From Frateuria sp. (GTDB lineage: Bacteria; Pseudomonadota; Gammaproteobacteria; Xanthomonadales; Rhodanobacteraceae): a stretch of 64,000 bases of DNA. Shown piece after piece: positions 59,360-64,000 of this stretch (the stretch's first letter is position 1; the number at the start of each line of letters is the position of its first letter). The notes under the pieces are model-generated. The model was not told where the DNA came from and searched no databases. It saw only the letters and a list, made by a program, of their open reading frames with translations. The position numbers and the translations under genes are program-made. The stretch spans positions 26,304 through 90,303 of the forward strand of contig NZ_DASZBH010000016.1 in NCBI RefSeq assembly GCF_035944355.1, read 5' to 3'.

Positions 59360-60658
59360 CTACTTGGTTCCTGCCTGCTTCAGCCAGGCCTTGGCCTTGG
59401 CCGAGGTTTCCGGGTCCTGCGCCGCCATCTTCATGGCGGCGACGGCGCCGGGCTTGTTCTTCAAGCCGCGCTCGGCTTCGGCCAGCAGCATGTAGGCCGT
59501 GCCCTTGTGCTGCACGCCCTTGTCGATGCCCTGCTTGATCAGCGTCTTGGCCTCGCCGTACTTCTGCTGGGAGAGCAGCAGCTGGCCGGCGCGGATGGCG
59601 GCCTCGCCATCCTTGCCCATCGGCATGGCCTTCTTGTAGCTCTCGATGGCCTTGCTTTCGTTGCCGGCGATGTACGCCGCGTCGCCCAACAGCTTGAGGT
59701 TGTCGTAGCTGGAGGTGACCACGCCCTTGGAGATGCCGTCCTCGAGCACGCCGAGCGCCTTGGTCGCGTTCGGCTTGGGGTCTTCGCTGTTCTGGCCGGT
59801 GATCAGGTAGAGCTTGGCCAGGTTGACGTAGTTCTTTTCGTCCTTGAAGCCGCCAGCGGCGCGCGACTTCTCCATCAGCTCGATGGCCTGCGGATATTTC
59901 TGCGCCTGCATCAGTACGGCTACGGCGTTGTTGAGCGCCGTGGTGTCGTTGGGGTTGGCGGCCAGCTGCTGCTGGGCGAGCTGCGCGGCCTGGTCGCTCT
60001 GGCCGGACTCGGCGTAACTGGCCATCAGGATCTGGTTCCACGATTCCTGCGGCTTGTCGGTGAGCGACTGCGCCTTCTTGATCGCGGCGATCGCCTGCGG
60101 GTACTTCTCCAGGCGGTAATAAGCGTTGCCTTCCAGCGCGTAGGACTCGGCGGTTTCCTTCTTGCCTTCGTTGCGCCACTTCTCGACGGTGTCGATGGAC
60201 TGCTGGTACTGCTCGGAGGCGAGGTAGAACTGGGCCAGTTCGTACTCGAGCTGGAAATAGGTGTCGTTGGGCAGCACGCCGATGTCCAGCGAGCGCTTCA
60301 GCGCGTCGATCGCGCCTTTGACGTCGTTCTCGTTGTACTTGATGTTGGCGATGCCCTGCAGCGCCAGCGACTGGGCGTACTTGCTGCTGCTGCTGTCGGC
60401 GATCGGCTGCAGCAGCTGCATGGCCTTGTCCTTGTCGCCGGCGTTGACGGCATCCAGGCCGTCGTTGAGCTTCTTCTGCTCGCTGGAGCTGCTGAGGTCG
60501 AGCTTGGGCTCCTTGCGGGTGGCGTTCGGGTAGAGCGCCTCTTTCTTGTCCTTGCCGGACTGGTCGCCATGGCGATCACGGGCGATGGCGGGACTGCTCA
60601 CAAGGGCGAACGCGAGCGCCGCGCCACCCAACAGCTTGAGAAGGGGAGCATGCTTCAT
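59360..60658 (-). CDS. secreted tetratricopeptide-repeat (TPR) protein
   Basis: ORF trimmed to the ATG at 60658 (MKHAPLLKLLGGAALAFALVSSPAIA signal peptide). Multiple TPR-like units (A..LG.AYY...Y..AI....KA). Strikingly rich in Lys/Asn/Gln/Ser. Confidence 0.8.
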   Translation of the reverse strand: MKHAPLLKLLGGAALAFALVSSPAIARDRHGDQSGKDKKEALYPNATRKEPKLDLSSSSEQKKLNDGLDAVNAGDKDKAMQLLQPIADSSSSKYAQSLALQGIANIKYNENDVKGAIDALKRSLDIGVLPNDTYFQLEYELAQFYLASEQYQQSIDTVEKWRNEGKKETAESYALEGNAYYRLEKYPQAIAAIKKAQSLTDKPQESWNQILMASYAESGQSDQAAQLAQQQLAANPNDTTALNNAVAVLMQAQKYPQAIELMEKSRAAGGFKDEKNYVNLAKLYLITGQNSEDPKPNATKALGVLEDGISKGVVTSSYDNLKLLGDAAYIAGNESKAIESYKKAMPMGKDGEAAIRAGQLLLSQQKYGEAKTLIKQGIDKGVQHKGTAYMLLAEAERGLKNKPGAVAAMKMAAQDPETSAKAKAWLKQAGTK

Positions 60659-60918
60659 GGCAGTCCTCTGTAAGGTTTTTCGCACAAATCGTGCGGGGGA
60701 TCGCTGAGCGTAACCCGAGCAGGCAGGCGATAACAAGTCGCACTGCCGCATGGAAGGTTAAGCCAAATCAATAAGTTGCAAACAGATTGCCGCGCCCGGT
60801 GAAAATTTTTTGGCAAAGCCGCGTCACGACTGCCAATGCAGGTTCCCGTGATGGGCCCGTAGGCAAGCGATGGGTCGTTCGCGCGTAGCGGCGCCGGATA
60901 CGCTCGGGCAAGGGGGTG

Positions 60919-60942
60919 GGTCGCCGCCCATGGGCGGCGACC
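60919..60942 (-). terminator. hairpin just downstream of the gyrB stop
   Basis: GGTCGCCGCCC-ATG-GGGCGGCGACC, a perfect 11-bp inverted repeat 6 nt after the gyrB stop. No clear U-tract. Confidence 0.4.
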
Positions 60943-60947
60943 TGCGC

Positions 60948-64000
<3,053 letters not shown>

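Overview
Very GC-rich, densely coding chromosomal segment with strong G/C bias at third codon positions and about 60 genes on both strands. I did not compute GC content. I recognised no rRNA, tRNA, CRISPR array, transposase or integrase. The right end carries recF (partial), gyrB, a TPR protein, tonB-exbB-exbD-exbD and pdxJ. That is the origin-proximal gene order known from Xanthomonas-type (Xanthomonadales/Lysobacterales) gammaproteobacteria, so dnaN/dnaA/oriC probably lie just beyond position 64000. From left to right the window holds: a thiolase; a PAS-GGDEF-EAL protein; a GNAT; ntrC-ntrB and glnA, split by an opposite-strand DUF2235 gene; uppP; a LysR regulator with a divergent RND efflux operon; a LytS/LytTR two-component pair flanked by paralogous PD40 beta-propeller genes; a DUF1328/DUF883/holin-like/YqjK/AI-2E stress-membrane operon; PEBP and PQQ-sugar dehydrogenase genes; a ~780-bp gene-poor gap; a hydrolase-acyltransferase pair; lrp-phhA; two SGNH hydrolase paralogs bracketing a RES/Xre toxin-antitoxin pair; DUF885; a YafY(WYL)-GST-GFA-NIPSNAP-DJ-1-like cluster; fbp; a patatin; an S9 peptidase; a YtrA-type GntR / CPBP protease / ABC ATPase / polytopic membrane protein operon; a UbiB-type kinase; a radical SAM protein; acs; and a PPTase. 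The candidates most worth follow-up are: (1) the YtrA-CPBP-ABC operon with a perfect operator palindrome over its start codon; (2) the Tle1-like hydrolase with a possible lectin-like C-terminus, sitting inside the nitrogen-regulation locus next to NtrC-type sites; (3) the triplicated PD40 module around the LytS/LytTR pair; (4) the RES-Xre pair between duplicated SGNH genes; (5) the unexplained 780-bp gap with tandem palindromes. All functional calls come from motifs read in the supplied translations and from recalled family knowledge. No database search was run. Many long ORFs in the track are GC-driven antisense or read-through artefacts and were trimmed or rejected.
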